Shown: piece by piece, positions 11,501-24,507 of the stretch
How positions within the stretch are numbered: position 1 is the stretch's first letter
How the letters are laid out: each line of letters starts with the position of its first letter
Assembly (NCBI GenBank): GCA_963575745.1
Contig: CAUYUJ010000303.1
Location: 620,001 to 662,458, forward strand
Source: Prorocentrum cordatum
Taxonomy: Eukaryota
Length of the DNA stretch: 42,458 nt
Direction: 5' to 3'
Notes under the pieces: generated by a model
The model's database searches: none
What the model was told of the DNA's origin: nothing
The model's input: only the letters and a program-made list of their open reading frames with translations
Program-made: the position numbers and the translations under genes

Positions 11501-12032
11501 AGTCCAACGGCGGGTGAGTGCAGCGGGGCGGCGGCGGCGGCGACGGGCGGGAACGGGATCGCCGGTGCCGCAATCGGGCGTTTTACGAGGAGACCCTAGG
11601 CGACGACGGACGGGAACGGGGCCGCTGGGGCCGCGGACGGGCCCAGTTCCTTGGAAGGGACGCGCGAAGCTTGCTGAGGCCCTCTGGGGGGCAGTCGTCC
11701 GCAGTCTTGGGCCACCTCGCGGCATCTTGGAGCTGTCTTGAGTCGCCGATACATTACCTCAAAACGGACACGTGCTTTTCGGACGTTTGCGAGCAGTTAC
11801 TTTGCGAGTAGTGGAACGAGCTTGTCTATTGAGAGCCTCTTGACGCTGGCCACCCTTTGATCCTTTCCCTCGTGTGTTCCCGCCCCGGAAGCGCTCGAGG
11901 AGCGCTCCAGAGGGCCCTGGGACCGCGCCCAGGAGCGAGACCATCTGTGACCCGGTCTTGCAGCGGGGTCCTCAGAGGTTTCCCAGAGGCCAGGCGGGCC
12001 TTCGCCAGGGGCAGTCTTCTCTGGGGCCCAGG

Positions 12033-12235
12033 GTCGGGCCGGACGAAAGGGGGGGACAGGGAAAGGGGGGATCACGAAATCTGCTGCATGCAGCGGGTTT
12101 CGGCCCCGCCGAGGGGCCGATTCCTCGATACATGGCCGCCTCCCGGCGCCGGGAGGCGCCGGGAAAATCAGCTACGTGAGCTGATTCTCAAACCCCCCCC
12201 CCCCTTTGCTATCCCCCCCTTGCGCCCGGCCCGAC
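12033..12235. mobile_element. MITE-like element with imperfect ~45-50-bp terminal inverted repeats
   Basis: The left end gtcgggccggacgaaagggggggacagggaaagggggg is roughly the reverse complement of the right end cccccctttgctatcccccccttgcgcccggcccgac. The TSD is ambiguous. Confidence 0.6.
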
Positions 12236-12345
12236 GGGGGCCGCCACGCGCGCGCGAGTTGGTGTTGTGCAGCACGTACTCTGAACCTCTCACCACAGGT
12301 TCTGGCACGCCTTTAGCCCAATGGGCCAGCGGATTGCATGCGAAG

Positions 12346-13332
12346 GTCATCGCCAAGGATCGCAAAGGCATCTGGAGCCTCGTGGCGGAGATGCGGGGAG
12401 CTGGGGTCAAGGCGAACTCGGTGACCTGCTCCATCTTGCTGAAGTCCCTGACAGAGTATTCCAGCGAGGCAGAGGTCAAGCGGGTTACCGACCTGATCGA
12501 GGAGATCGAGGAGAGCATCGACGAGGTCCTGTTCTCCTCGGTCATCGAGGCCTGCCTGCGCATCAAGCAGCTCGCTCTTCTGACGAACATCATGCGCCGC
12601 CACAGGCAAAAGGGCGGCTTCGTGAACCTGACGGCCCCCACCTACGGTTCGATGATCAAGGCGTACGGGCAGGCGGGCGACGTGGCGCGGGTGCGCGAGC
12701 TGTGGCAGGAGATGGAGGAAAGGGGCGTGAAGCCGACGTCGATCACGCTCGGCTGCATGACAGAGGCGCTGGTGGTGAACGGCGAGGCGGAGGAAGCTTT
12801 TCAGTTGCTGCACCAGCAGCTCGACACGGAGGAGCGGAAAGCCAGCATCAACACCGTTATCTATTCTACAGTCTTGAAGGGTTTCGCAGTCGCCAAGAAC
12901 ATCAATAAGGTCTTCGCCGTGTACAAGGAGATGAGGCAGAGCGGGTACGCTTGCAATACCATCACCTACAACACCATGCTCGACGCGTGCGCCAAGTGTT
13001 GTGCCATGTCGAGGGCCCCCAGCCTGCTGGAAGACATGAAGGGTTCATGCGTGGAGCCAGATATCATCACCTATTCGACCATCGTCAAGGGCTACTGCCT
13101 GGAGGGGGATGTCGATCGTGCCTTCCATGTCCTGGAGGACATGAAGAGCGACGGCAAGTTCGCTGCGGACGAAATCATGTACAATTCCATCCTCGACGGC
13201 TGCGCGAAGCAGCACCGCGTCGACGACGCGCTCCGAATCCTGGAGGAGATGAAGACCGCTGGCGTGGGCCCCTCGAACTACACGCTCAGCATCCTGGTGA
13301 AGCTGCTCGGGCATGCGCGCCGCCTGCCTCAG
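12346..13332 (+). CDS. Pentatricopeptide-repeat protein, first visible exon (5' exons not identified)
   Basis: Tandem ~35-aa PPR motifs (NSVTCSILLKS, TYGSMIKAYGQAGDV, NTITYNTMLDACAK, PDIITYSTIVKGYCLEGDVD, DEIMYNSILDGCAK, PSNYTLSILVKLLG). Putative acceptor aag|gtc; GC donor cag|gcgcgc. Confidence 0.88.
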
Positions 13333-13343
13333 GCGCGCGTTCT

Positions 13344-13558
<215 letters not shown>

Positions 13559-13703
13559 CGTCGCCATTTCAAGAGCGCTTGGCCGAAGAGGCGTGCAGGC
13601 GAGTCCCGACTTGCGTGAGGTTCAGATTTCTCTTCGGGCCTCGTCCCCCCCCCTCCCGACTTGCAAGCAGACTTGCTAGAATCCAAACAACAATTGCCTC
13701 CAG

Positions 13704-13997
13704 GCGTTCCGGCTAGTGGAGGACCTGAGCAAGCAGCACGGCTTCCGGCCCAACGTCCAGGTCTACACCTGCCTTGTCCAGGCTTGCGTCCTCAACCGGC
13801 GGCTCGAGAAGGCGCTCGCGCTGCACGACGAGATGGTGGCGGACTCCGGGTGCCGCGTCGACGAGAAGTTCTACGCGGTGCTCGCGCGCGGGTGCCTCCA
13901 GATGCAGCAGCCGATGAAGGCCGCGGAGGTCGTGAGGGCGGCCTACCGTCTGGAGGGGCACAGCCTGGCGTCGCCCGCGAGGAAGAACGCCCCAACG
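13704..13997 (+). CDS. PPR protein, next exon
   Basis: Acceptor ccag|gcgttc. A phase-0 join gives RRLPQ|AFRLVEDLSKQHGFRPNVQVYTCLVQAC, which completes a PPR motif. Donor acg|gtcgtg. Confidence 0.85.
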
Positions 13998-14372
13998 GTC
14001 GTGGAAGGAGCAAAGCAGCATATCAGGAGGGGAAAAACACAGACACAAGTAATCATCGATCCCCCGGAAAATATGGGAAGGGGGGGAAGACACAAACCCG
14101 GAAAATGTGGGAAAATATTGGGAGTATTGTTATTTGCGTGTATTTATTTATTTGTGTGTCCCAGAGCCCCTTCAGCATAAACATGAATTTTCGGCGCTCC
14201 GCGCGGAGTTCTTGGATCGGGACTGGAACCGCCCTCTCTGGCGCGCTGAACGCGCTAGGGGCGTCGCTCGAGGCGCCGCCAGGGGGGTCGAGGGAGGGGG
14301 GTCCGGTGCTGATCCAGGAAATCCGCGCGGAACTCCAAGTGGTCCTGTTTGTGCCGCTCCCTCTTGCTTCAG

Positions 14373-14579
14373 GTCGGCGTCGAGGCGCGCACGCTCGAGG
14401 AAGTGGCCGGCAGGCTGCAGGAGGGCGGCGCCGAGGAGCGCGAGGCCTTCGAGCGGTTGTCGGCGGACCTGTGGGACAAGTGCGGGGTTCAGCTGACCGG
14501 CCGCGGCGGCGGCGGCCGCCGCGGCGGCGGCGGCGGCGGTGGCGCCGGGCGCCGCCCAGGCGGAGGCCGTCGGCAGTGA
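14373..14579 (+). CDS. PPR protein, last exon (Gly/Arg-rich C terminus)
   Basis: Pyrimidine-rich acceptor ctcttgcttcag|gtcggc. A phase-0 join gives RKNAPT|VGVEARTLEEVAGRL, ending at TGA 14577-14579. Confidence 0.75.
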   Translation, partial: VGVEARTLEEVAGRLQEGGAEEREAFERLSADLWDKCGVQLTGRGGGGRRGGGGGGGAGRRPGGGRRQ

Positions 14580-16129
14580 GCGGAGGACGACGGCTGCACG
14601 CCGACGCCAGCCCTTCCTGGGCCCGCCGCGGGCCGGGATCCGGCGCGCACGGCCCTCGGGCCGAGGGCGAGGAGGGCATGTACACCTCAGAGGAGGAAAA
14701 GGTACCCATACCTCGACCCCTCGCTCGCTTTCCCCTTTAGTGGCCCTCCTAGCGGCTCTCGTCACCACCGCTGGATTCGCCTCGAGATCCTGGTCAGATC
14801 GCACCCCGGGGAGGTCCGGGGAGTAGCGGTATCGGTACCTTTTGCTCTTTCCGACACCCTGCAGGTCAGCCACGCGCAGAGGGGGGTATGGGGCGGGGAA
14901 GGCTTCTTAGAAGCACCCCTGCTTCTTAGAAGGCGCGGGCCTTGTCTGTAGATGTAAGGCCGGCGCCGTCTGAGAAGCAGCCTCTTTCTAAGAAGCCCGC
15001 CCTCCTGCCCCTGCCCCCCTCTGCGCGCCGCCAAGCAGGGTCCACTACGATCTGATCGATCCGAATCGATCCCGATTCTGGCCGGCTCGTTCAAATTCGG
15101 TTCTGATGTTTGCATCGCGCTGTGGTGCATCTTGGCGCGGTCGATTCGAGTCGATTCCGATGCCGATGCAGACCGACCCAGTTTCCCGGTTCGATGCTCA
15201 CCTATCTTGCCATGAGACTTGGGCGTTGCATTTTTCCCACCAGGCGTTTCGAAGGGTTTTGGGCCCTGGGACCATCACAGGTTGATCTGGCTCGAAAAAT
15301 GCAGCACAGAGGTGCGGTCAAGGGCCCTTGCCGTGATTGCAACGTCGGATCTCAGACCAGACACCGATCATGGGCCCACGGGCGGCCTGGCCAGCATCGG
15401 TGCGGGTGTACAGATGCCGTCCTCCTACGTGAGTTCGAAGTTTTCGGATGCAACTCCTGGGAGGTCAAATTCTGATTTTGCCCTGGTCCGAAATCCAGCC
15501 GAATCCGACTTAATCCTGATTGATCCGGCTTCATCCCGCTAATTCCTGCAATCCGGCCCAATCCCGCTTAATCCAAGGCCCACTAACAGCCCCCCAATGG
15601 GGCGCACTCCTCCTTAATCCTTCCGACGAAGACCTCCCAGCAGTTGCCTCCTAAGAAGTTGGCGTTCCGCTGAGCACCGGCGGGCGGCCCCGGCCCCCTA
15701 TACATGCGGCCCCTTCTTCGGGCACTCGCGCGCGGGCACGCGCCAGCACTGAGAACAGCACGGGCGAAGCGAAGTCTTTGCAGCGCAACAAAGGAAGCGG
15801 CGCATGGAGTTAAGTCGGGCCTGTCCCTCCACAGGGGGCATATTCAAAAATAGTCAAAAAAATAGTCGTGGGATTATTTGTTCCATCATTTTCGAGCAGT
15901 TTGGGGTATTGTTCGACTGTGTTTTATTTTTTCTGCCCGACCTAAGCATAGAGGCAGGCAGTTGGGCGAGGAACGGGTGGGAAGAGACGTGCGGACACAT
16001 AAGCGTAAGGAGAGGCCATTTGCGGGAGGAGAGCACGTCGTTTTTTGTTTTAGTGGGCGTTATTGGGTCGCTGCAGTCGCCATGGATTCATCCGCCCTCG
16101 ACAGGAGGGCGATTGCGAGGGGGCGATAA

Positions 16130-16526
16130 CAGAGAGAGAGAGAGAGAGAGACTGAGAGACAGAGACAGAGAGAGAGAGAGAAAGACCAAGAGAGAGAGAG
16201 AGAGATCGAAAGAGGGGCCGTTTTGGACCAGATCTTGGCGTACCTCGACGGGCTCCCAGCCTGGCCAGGAGGCCGTACATGACACCAGGGTTTGGTTCAA
16301 ACATTGTTCGCAGAGGTTTGGCGATGGTGTAGGCTTTGCCACCCCGGCTGAGAGAAAGAGAGAGAGAGAGAGAGAGATAGCGACATTAAGAAAGGAAATA
16401 GAGAGATAGGGGGATTGTTACAGGTAAGAGAGAGGGTGAGGGGAAGAGAGAGAGAGAGAGAGAGAAAAAAACAAACAAACCATATTTTTATATTGTTATA
16501 TATGTATATTTATATGTATATATGTA

Positions 16527-16572
<46 letters not shown>
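16130..16572. repeat. (GA)n tracts and (TA)n microsatellite
   Basis: (GA)n at about 16131-16205, 16350-16380 and 16445-16465; (TA)n at about 16490-16572. Confidence 0.92.
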
Positions 16573-16575
<3 letters not shown>

Positions 16576-16689
16576 GAGTAGGCCTTAGGGGGGGGGGGGG
16601 CCGGCCGCTGCCTGTACCCCCCATGGGTCCCCCCCGGGTCCCAGGGCTCCCGAGACGGCCCGGGCCCGCCCCGAAACAAGCCACGACAG

Positions 16690-17390
16690 GCTAAGGGCCC
16701 CAAGAGGGCCCACGACGGTCCCAAGAGGTTCCGAAGACGCCCAAGATGCCCTCAAGACGGCCGACGAGGACTCCAACGCGCTCCTTGACGGACTCAAGAA
16801 GCTCCCCAAGAGGGCCCTGGGAGGAAAAAACATTAATTATCCTATGGTGTTTGAAGCATTGTGGCGTTTTCGTTTTTCCCGCTTCCCAGCTCTCCCTCAC
16901 GGCCTCGGAGGACCTTCAGATCAATCCAAGACGGCCCACGAGGCCCTGGAGAGGGCCCCAAGACGGCCCAGGAGGCTCCCCAGACAGCCCACGTGTGGCC
17001 CAAGAGGGGGCCCATATTTTAAGGTCTCTGGCCCTAGAGGCCCACAGTAGGCCCCTGGAGGCCACCAAGAGGCTCCTACGAAGCCCCGTGAGACCTCCAA
17101 GAGGCCCCCAGGAAGCCCCAAGAGGCCTCCAAGGGACCCCCAGGGAACGCCCAAGAGGCCCCCCAACACACCCCAACAAATCATGCCCCCAGAAAGCCTT
17201 CGGGGACATGGTCTCCAGAGGCTTCGAAGTACAATCGCGCTACCGGAGAGCTGTTTGGGAAGTTGATTGGGAACATGATTGATCGCCTTCTCGCGGCTCT
17301 CCGCGGATCGTTGGCTCTCCGCGGATCGTTTCGCACAAAGTTGCCCCAAGTGCCCTCTTGAACCAACGACGACGAAACGACGAATATGAG

Positions 17391-17476
<86 letters not shown>

Positions 17477-17560
17477 CGCGCCCCAAGAGGCGACGACGAC
17501 ATTAAGACGACGACGACGGCAACGTCCCAACAGGCTTCCCAAGACGTCCCCAAAACCCAT
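16690..17560 (-). repeat. Inverted copy of the CCCAAGAG/CTCTTGGG repeat family with a (GAC)n tract
   Basis: Recurrent cccaagagg/cccaagacg words; (GAC)n at about 17390-17474. Confidence 0.7.
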
Positions 17561-18404
17561 GTACCCAGAGGGCCTTCTGGGAACCCGATTCATCAGGCCT
17601 CCGCCCTACGCAACCATCTTCCCAGAAAGCCTCCCGGAATGCGGATTGACATGCATGGATTTCTCACTGCCCATTAAGCGTTCAGCGTTATGGGCACTTC
17701 TTCATTACCCGTTCAAACCATCTGTGGTCCACTATTTCAGTGGAGCAATGAGCTCGCCAAGGCCTGGGGCCTGCTAGCACTTGAGCGCGCGCGAAGCGCG
17801 CGCGATGGTTCTAGGCTGTAACTATAAAAACAAGGAAACCAAACCCATCACACGGAAGACACGAACGGTATCGGTGTGACTAGAGTTGGAGATAGGATAG
17901 CGCACGGCTAGGGGTGGGCGGAGCGCTCTATCAGTATCGGCAGAGGCAGGTACGAAATATTGAGAAGAGGAGAGAGCAAGCTAGGTGCGCTCGCACCATA
18001 TCCTTCCCCCATCCCACCCATCCCTTCACATTGCGTTTGTGATTTTGTATCCGCCAACGCGTGTCATCGCGGATTTGGAATTCCCAGGAATAACCCACCG
18101 TGTTATGCGCAATCGGTTCAGGGGAGCTGCGTGCACAGGCGGTCCGTTTCGGATCGCCAGTTCGGTTCGGCCGCGCACTGTTGGGGCTCGCAGGTGCGGG
18201 CCGCCCCCCCTTGTTCGGCCGGCTCGGTTCGAGAAGTCAACAGTTCACGTCCGCCAGTTCGGATTGGGCGTTGCACAATTTGTGAGACAATGAGGCCACA
18301 TGTGTTGCAACGTTCCTCTGGTGCGCCTTTAGGAGAGCTCCAAGCGACATCAGAAGGCGGGAGGGTGCCCAAGACGGCCCCACCCGCCCCGCAGTTTCTT
18401 ATAT

Positions 18405-19445
18405 GAGAAAGAGCGTGTTCTACCGCTGCTGGCGGAAAACCGGGGGGGGGGTCACTACCGGTTCGAACCCCACCCCCCCCCTCCGGAAAACCGGGGGGTC
18501 ACTACGGGTTCGAACCCCCCCCCCCCAGTTCTCATGAAAAGGGGGGGGGTCATTACCGGTTCGAACCCCCCCCCCTCCTCGAAAACCGGGGGGGTCACTA
18601 CCGGTTCGAACCCCCCCCCTCCTCGAAAACCGAGGGGGGGTGCGGACAGTGGTGGGGACGGTGGCGGGGACAGTGGTGAGGAGACAGCGGGACAGTGGTG
18701 GGGACAGTGGGACAGTGGTGGGGACTGTAGTGGTGGGGACAGTGGTGAGGACAATGGTGGGAACAGTGGGGACAGTGGACAGTGGTGGGGACGGTGGTGG
18801 TGGGGACAGTGGTGTGGGGACAGTGGGAATGAGGTGGAAACAGTGGGACAGTGGAGGGTACAATGGTAGTGAGGACAGTGGTGAAGGCGGTGCGGAGGCG
18901 GTGGGACAATGGGACAGAGGTACAGCGGGGACAGTGGTGGGGACAGTGGGGACAGTGGTGGGAACAATGGGACAGCTCAGTGGGACAGCGGAGGAGTCAG
19001 TGGGATAGTGGGGACAGTGGGGATAGTCGGGCAGTGGTTGGGTCCGTGGAGAAAGTGGGGAGAGTGGAACCGTGGTGGGAACAGTGGTGGGAACAGTGGG
19101 GACATTGCGACAGTGGTGGGGGCACTGATGGGGACAGTGGGGACGGTGGTGGAACCAGTGGGGACAGCGGTGGTGAGGACAGTGGTGCTGGGAACAACAG
19201 TGGGGGATGTGATGCGGACGGTGGTAGGGACCGGGAGTCGTTTGCTGGCGGTGCGTGGGGGCAGGGGGGTCGAACCGGTTTTCGAGAAGGGGGGGGGGAG
19301 AGGTTAGGGGATGGGGGGGTTTTTGGCCGAGGGAGGGGGGGGGGTTCAGCAGGGGGGGGGGATTTTTGGAGGGTGGGGGGGGCGACCCCCGGGTTCCGGA
19401 GGAAAAGGCAGGCAATTTTCCACAGTAGAGCGGCGGTGGATCACG

Positions 19446-19519
<74 letters not shown>
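18405..19519. mobile_element. Non-autonomous TIR element carrying a G-rich GGGACAGTGGT minisatellite
   Basis: Left TIR gagaaagagcgtgttctaccgctgct versus right agcggcggtggatcacgctctctctc (4 mismatches in 26). Subterminal accggttcgaacccc occurs x4 on the left with an inverted copy at about 19265. tcttatatgaga is present at both ends (18397-18408 and 19518-19529). The minisatellite spans about 18640-19230. Confidence 0.65.
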
Positions 19520-19523
<4 letters not shown>

Positions 19524-22500
19524 ATGAGATCACGGGCGTCTGGGTCACCAGGCCCAGGGGGCGCAGACGTTTCCCAAATTCCCCCACCCAGCCCGCAACC
19601 CTTTTTAGCCACAGCTTAGTGCCTGATTTGTTTGCTTGCGAGAGTTATTTCGGCATTGAGAGGCTTCGACATAGCCCACGGGCCCGCCAAGACGCCCCAG
19701 GCGAGCCCCAAGCGCCTAAATATGATTCCAGGACCCAACGAAGTACACCGCAAGATGCTTCGAGAGAAGCCCAAATCTGGTTCAAAAGCAGTTTGTTCAT
19801 GATTGCTGTGATTCATTTCGCGTCGCGGGGTGCACATCCGGATTGCGGAGAGCGCGGGGGTTTGGCACGTCTTGGGTTTTTGTTGTTGGAACTTTCTTGA
19901 AGGTGTTGGGGGTCTACTGGAGCCTTGCGGCTTTTGTTGGGGATCATGTTGCTGTTTCTTTGGCGCTTGCGGGCGTCTCCGGAGGGGGATGGGTCTGGGT
20001 CGTTTCTCACAATATGGTTGGAGTATCAAATTGTCTCCGTCCGTCGCGGGCGTCCTCATCGTGTTTCTTTGGTTGTCTTGGGATGTAGTACATGATTGCT
20101 CTTGGGATTTTCCAGGGGCCTGTGGATCGATGGGGACACGGAGGACAGCAGTTGGGTTTTGGACGTTGCAAGGGGTATTGCTTGAGGGGCCGTGGGTGTG
20201 AATCGGAATTTGTTTCCTTTGTTCTGGTTATTTGACGCTTACGTCCGAGGCCTGCGGAGCCCGTTTGGCTGTACTCTTCTGGGTGTTTCTTGAGGCGCGC
20301 TCCATATCCAAAACCATCCTGGTTTTTAATCGTACAAGTTTCTCGAACTACGTGCAGCCGTAGCAAAGAGAGGGCCCCCGAGAGCCAGAGCGCCATGGAT
20401 CCAGGGTTCGGAAGTGGTCAGATGCGACCGGAGGCTGTTTGTGCGCCCGAATCTGTGATGCGGCCAGGGCTCACAAACAATTGGCCCATGTGCTCGCTTG
20501 GTGGCATGCATTCGAGTCTCTGTTCGATTGGCGAAGAATTTGAGGGCGTGACGAATTGGGGCGGTTGTCATTGTCAAGGCTGCTAGCATAGGCGACCTCG
20601 CTTATGAGTTCAGCGCGTGTTGTCTTGTACTCCCTGTTTTTTTCCTGGCCCCTTCCGCTTTCGCGCTCGTCAGATAAAGTCCTTTGTGCCTGGATTTCCG
20701 GGCCCTGGATTCCGCGCGTGAGTTTCGAAGGGCTTCGGCCGTCCTTTCTCGGAGTGCATTTCCGGACGCTTCTTCTCTTCAAAATTGTTTCAGAGCCCCT
20801 CGCGCGGACCGACTGCGCCAGTTTGCGTTCGCCGCCGCATTGTTCGTCCACCCGCGCAACGCCCACCAGAGGGGGAGACTGACGCTGCGGGCAGCGGGCG
20901 CCGCCCCCCCCGATTCGGGGCGGCGCGCGCAGGTCGAAAGATTCGCTCGGCAACGCCGAGCAACACTGGCTCGCGCACCCAGAGAACAAGACAGGCGGTG
21001 GTCTCCGGAGGGATGCGAGCGCGGTTCGCCGCCGCGGAGCATGCTGAGGCAGGAGCTCGCAAGCGCGCCTGGGGGACCGTTGAGGGGCGGGGCTCTCCAC
21101 CCCCACGATTCGACGTTGGCGGGCGAGCACAGGTCCGAGCCAGCGCAAGCAAGCACTGCGTCGCGCGCCCGACGCGATCACGGTGAAAACCCCGGGAGCA
21201 CGGCGCCCCTTTTTGGAAATAAGGCAGATGGTCTTTCCCGTGAACATGAAGGGGGCGTCTTGGGACCGCAGCCCCGGCTTTGCTCACGGCCGTGGCGATC
21301 GGGGCTTCAGAGATGGGGGCCAGTGCAAACGGGGGTCAGCCAGGGCACCAGATCCCGCAGGATCCTGCGAAGCCCCCATCTTGGCTGACCCGGGTTAGCG
21401 AGCCGCTCGTGGCCGCGAGGCGGCCGCGCATATTGGCTGACCCGGGTTTGCGAAGATCTGCGTTGCAGTTTTATCCCCCTGCACTGCAGTGTTTGGTTTC
21501 CTCCGGACCCGGGTCTGGAGTGACCGCGGTCGGAAGACCCCGGGGCGAAGCGCGCGGGGTCCCCGCGTGTTCCGCCTTTCGCCGCCACCGCCCACTGCGC
21601 CGCGGGCGCCACGCTGACGCGGGCCACCATCAACCTCCCGTGCGCGCGCGCGCGACGCCCCGTGCACCCATGGCCCCCGCGGGCCACGTAGACGCAGCCG
21701 TCAGCCGAACCAGGAGGGCGGACGACTTGGACATGGCGCAGCTTTTTTCATTGCCCATGCTGCTCCCCTAGGGGCATCGAACGGGCCCGCAGTTTCTGCG
21801 CCCCTTCACAGCCGGGGGGGAAAACACGGAACGGGCGAAAGCCGGATGGAACAACGCATAGAAAGAAGCAGCGCCCAAGTCGTTGAGGAAGTTGGAGGAC
21901 GCCACGCTCCAGCGCGGTGACAGCCGCCAGCGGAAGAGAGCGGGCAATTTCCCCAGCGGCGGCGCTAGGGCGAGCGCCCCCGCGGAGCGCGCCATGGCGG
22001 CGCCGAGCCAGGAGGCCGGGAGGAGGCGCCCTTTCCGCGCGCAGAAGCGGGCCCTTGCATCGGGCGCAGTCGCCGCAGCTGTGGCGCCATTCAGCTCGAA
22101 AGGGAATAGCGCGCACGTCTGCAGTCGCTGCGCGGAGACTAAACCGCGGAGGAATGTTTGACGCAGCGAGGCGAACAACCGCAACATGAATTAAGAAGGG
22201 CACAGCGCCACGCCCGCCGCGCACGCGCCCGCCGCGTTGACGGAGGCCCGCTTCACGCAAGCGTCGCACGCGCGCGCAGGAGGAGCCCGCGGAGCAGTTT
22301 GATGATACTTTTTCTGCATGATGCGCATGGGGCGGGCGCGGGGCAATGTCGCGGCTCCGTGGCCGAACGCATGGAAGCGCGGAGTCAACCGACCGGAGTG
22401 AACCTGCGCCCCGTGCCGGGGGGCGCCGCCGCTACCGAACCCACCCCTTCACCCCCGCTCGCCCCAGGGCGGGCGGCAGGGAATGGAGATCGACGCCGTC

Positions 22501-24507
22501 GCAGGCTTTTCGCCGATCCAGGGCGGCGCTTGCGATGCCCTCAGCCAGAGCCCCCGCGGCCTCGAGCACCATGGCCAGCTCCCAAGCCAGCTCCACCGAG
22601 CCGCGCCACGCCGCGGCGCCGCCCATCTCAACCGCCACTGCGCGAACAGGCGCGCGCCCCATGGCCTGCGCGCGGCGCGCTACCGGCAGCAGCCAGACGG
22701 GGCGCCCGTCGAGGGGCCCAGCTCCGCCGCTGGGCTAGGGGAGCAGTAGGCCCCCTGGCTCGGCGAGCCCGCGGGGCCCGGTGCCAGCGGCCTCCGCCTG
22801 TCCCAATGCGTCCGCGGCCCAACCGTCCAGCTCCGCAGGGAGAAGGCGGAGCGCGCCCGCGGCCCCACCGTCGAGCTCGGGCTTTTTCCACGTCGGCACG
22901 CGCTGCAAGATGCTCGCCGCGAGGTCCGCGGTCCAGGGCGCGCGCGGCGGGCAGGGCGGGGGGCCGCCCAACTCCCGCAGCCGCTCCTTCCCGGCTGCCA
23001 CTCGCGGCTGCCGCTGCCGCAACTCGCTCCGCGGACCCGCGAAGAGGGGGGGCCGCGCCGCGCAGCCGCCGCGACGCGCGAGCAACCGCGGCCCGTTGCC
23101 CACCGGCGCGCCCGCGCCGCCAGCGGCGACGGGCGGGCGGGGCACGGGTGCGGAATCAACAACGCCCCACGTTGCGGATCCACAGTTGTAGAAACGCCCC
23201 TGCTGGTCCGTCAAACAATCGCGGCGACAGCCGTCGCGGCGCCGCGCCCCGGCAGCAACGCTGGCCTGCCGCCGTGCCTCCCCCGCGCGCCCCAGCAACC
23301 CTGCGGGCCCCTCCCGCCGCCGAAATCGCCGCGAGGTCCTGCGACCAGGTCGCGTCTGCGGCGCCGACGGCGCGTTGGGCGGCCAGCGCGCATGCCTGCT
23401 GCAATCCGCGCAGCCGCCGGGGCTGGGGCAGCGTTGCATCGGCGACGGCGTCCGCCACGTCTTTACCGCCGCCAGAGGTGGGGGGTGGCAATGAATCCGC
23501 CAAGTTGCCGCCGCGCGCGGGCGCTCCGGCGTGGCCGGCAGTCCGCGACGCACCGCCATCCACTCCGCCATGGAAGCATGCAGCCGTTGCCAGGCTTCCA
23601 GAGAGGCTCCCGCGAAACACGGTGAAATCCTCCAGTCGCGGCAACGCAGCTTTGCTATGCCCCACCTGCCAGAAGCCCCAATGCGCAGCAGGCTGGCTGT
23701 CGCCACCGCGCATTCTCCGACGAACCATCTGCTCCACGTCGCCCTTGACATGTTTCTCGCCTTTCCCCAGCCATTGCCTTGCATCGGCGACCGCGCCCAC
23801 GAACACATCGCGTGGGAAGGGGGGGCGCGCACTCTGGGCGCTGGCTCATTATTTTCGGAGCGCGCGCAGCCAGGTCGCTGCGGGGCCGCGCCGTTAGTTT
23901 TGCCCGCTCTGGGGCGCCGCAAGAACTCGCCATTCGCACGCAACTGCGCGGGCCTTTTCGCGGTGTCTCGGGGCCTCGCGGGGGGGGGGTGTAGGTTTCT
24001 TGGGGGCCTCCTTGGGGATTCTGTGTGTGTGTGTGTTATTTTTTTCTCGGGGCGTCTTGGGCAGTCGCGGGGTGCTTTTGCTCCGTCGGGCCCCGTCGAA
24101 AGTCGTTCCGCGGTCCTCTCGGGGGCGCCCTGGAGCTTTTTGGAAAGTCTCTTGGGCCTTCGGGGGGTTATTGTGGGCCGTTTTGGGGGCCTCTTCGGGA
24201 CATCAGGAGCCATTTTGGGTAGTCTTGGGGGCCTTTTGAGACAAGCTGGGACTGTTTGGGTGTCATTTGGGGGGCTGTTTTCGAGAAAAACAAAAACAGA
24301 AACATGCAAAAATGGCTTGACTTCTGGAGGTGCTCTTAAGGGCCCCGTCTGGGGCCTTTTGAGACCGTCTTGGGGACGTTTGGGTGGTCTCCTGGGCCGT
24401 GTTGGGGCCATCGTGCGCCGTCTTGGGGCTGCCTTGGGCCGTTTGGAAGCCATCTTGAGCCGTCTGGAGGCCTTCTTGGACCTCCAGGAGGCCTCCGAAG
24501 CCGATCT

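Noticed and set aside
11857..12335. N-terminal ~160 aa of the 619-aa ORF as part of the PPR protein
   Set aside because: It overlaps a MITE and a repeat terminus with no PPR pattern. The ORF tail after 13332 is likewise intronic microsatellite.
19600..24500. Long overlapping ORFs (up to 579 aa) in a very GC-rich region
   Set aside because: Arg/Ala/Pro-rich translations are expected from GC content and I found no recognisable motifs. The region may be a highly decayed element or gene on the minus strand, but I cannot support a call.
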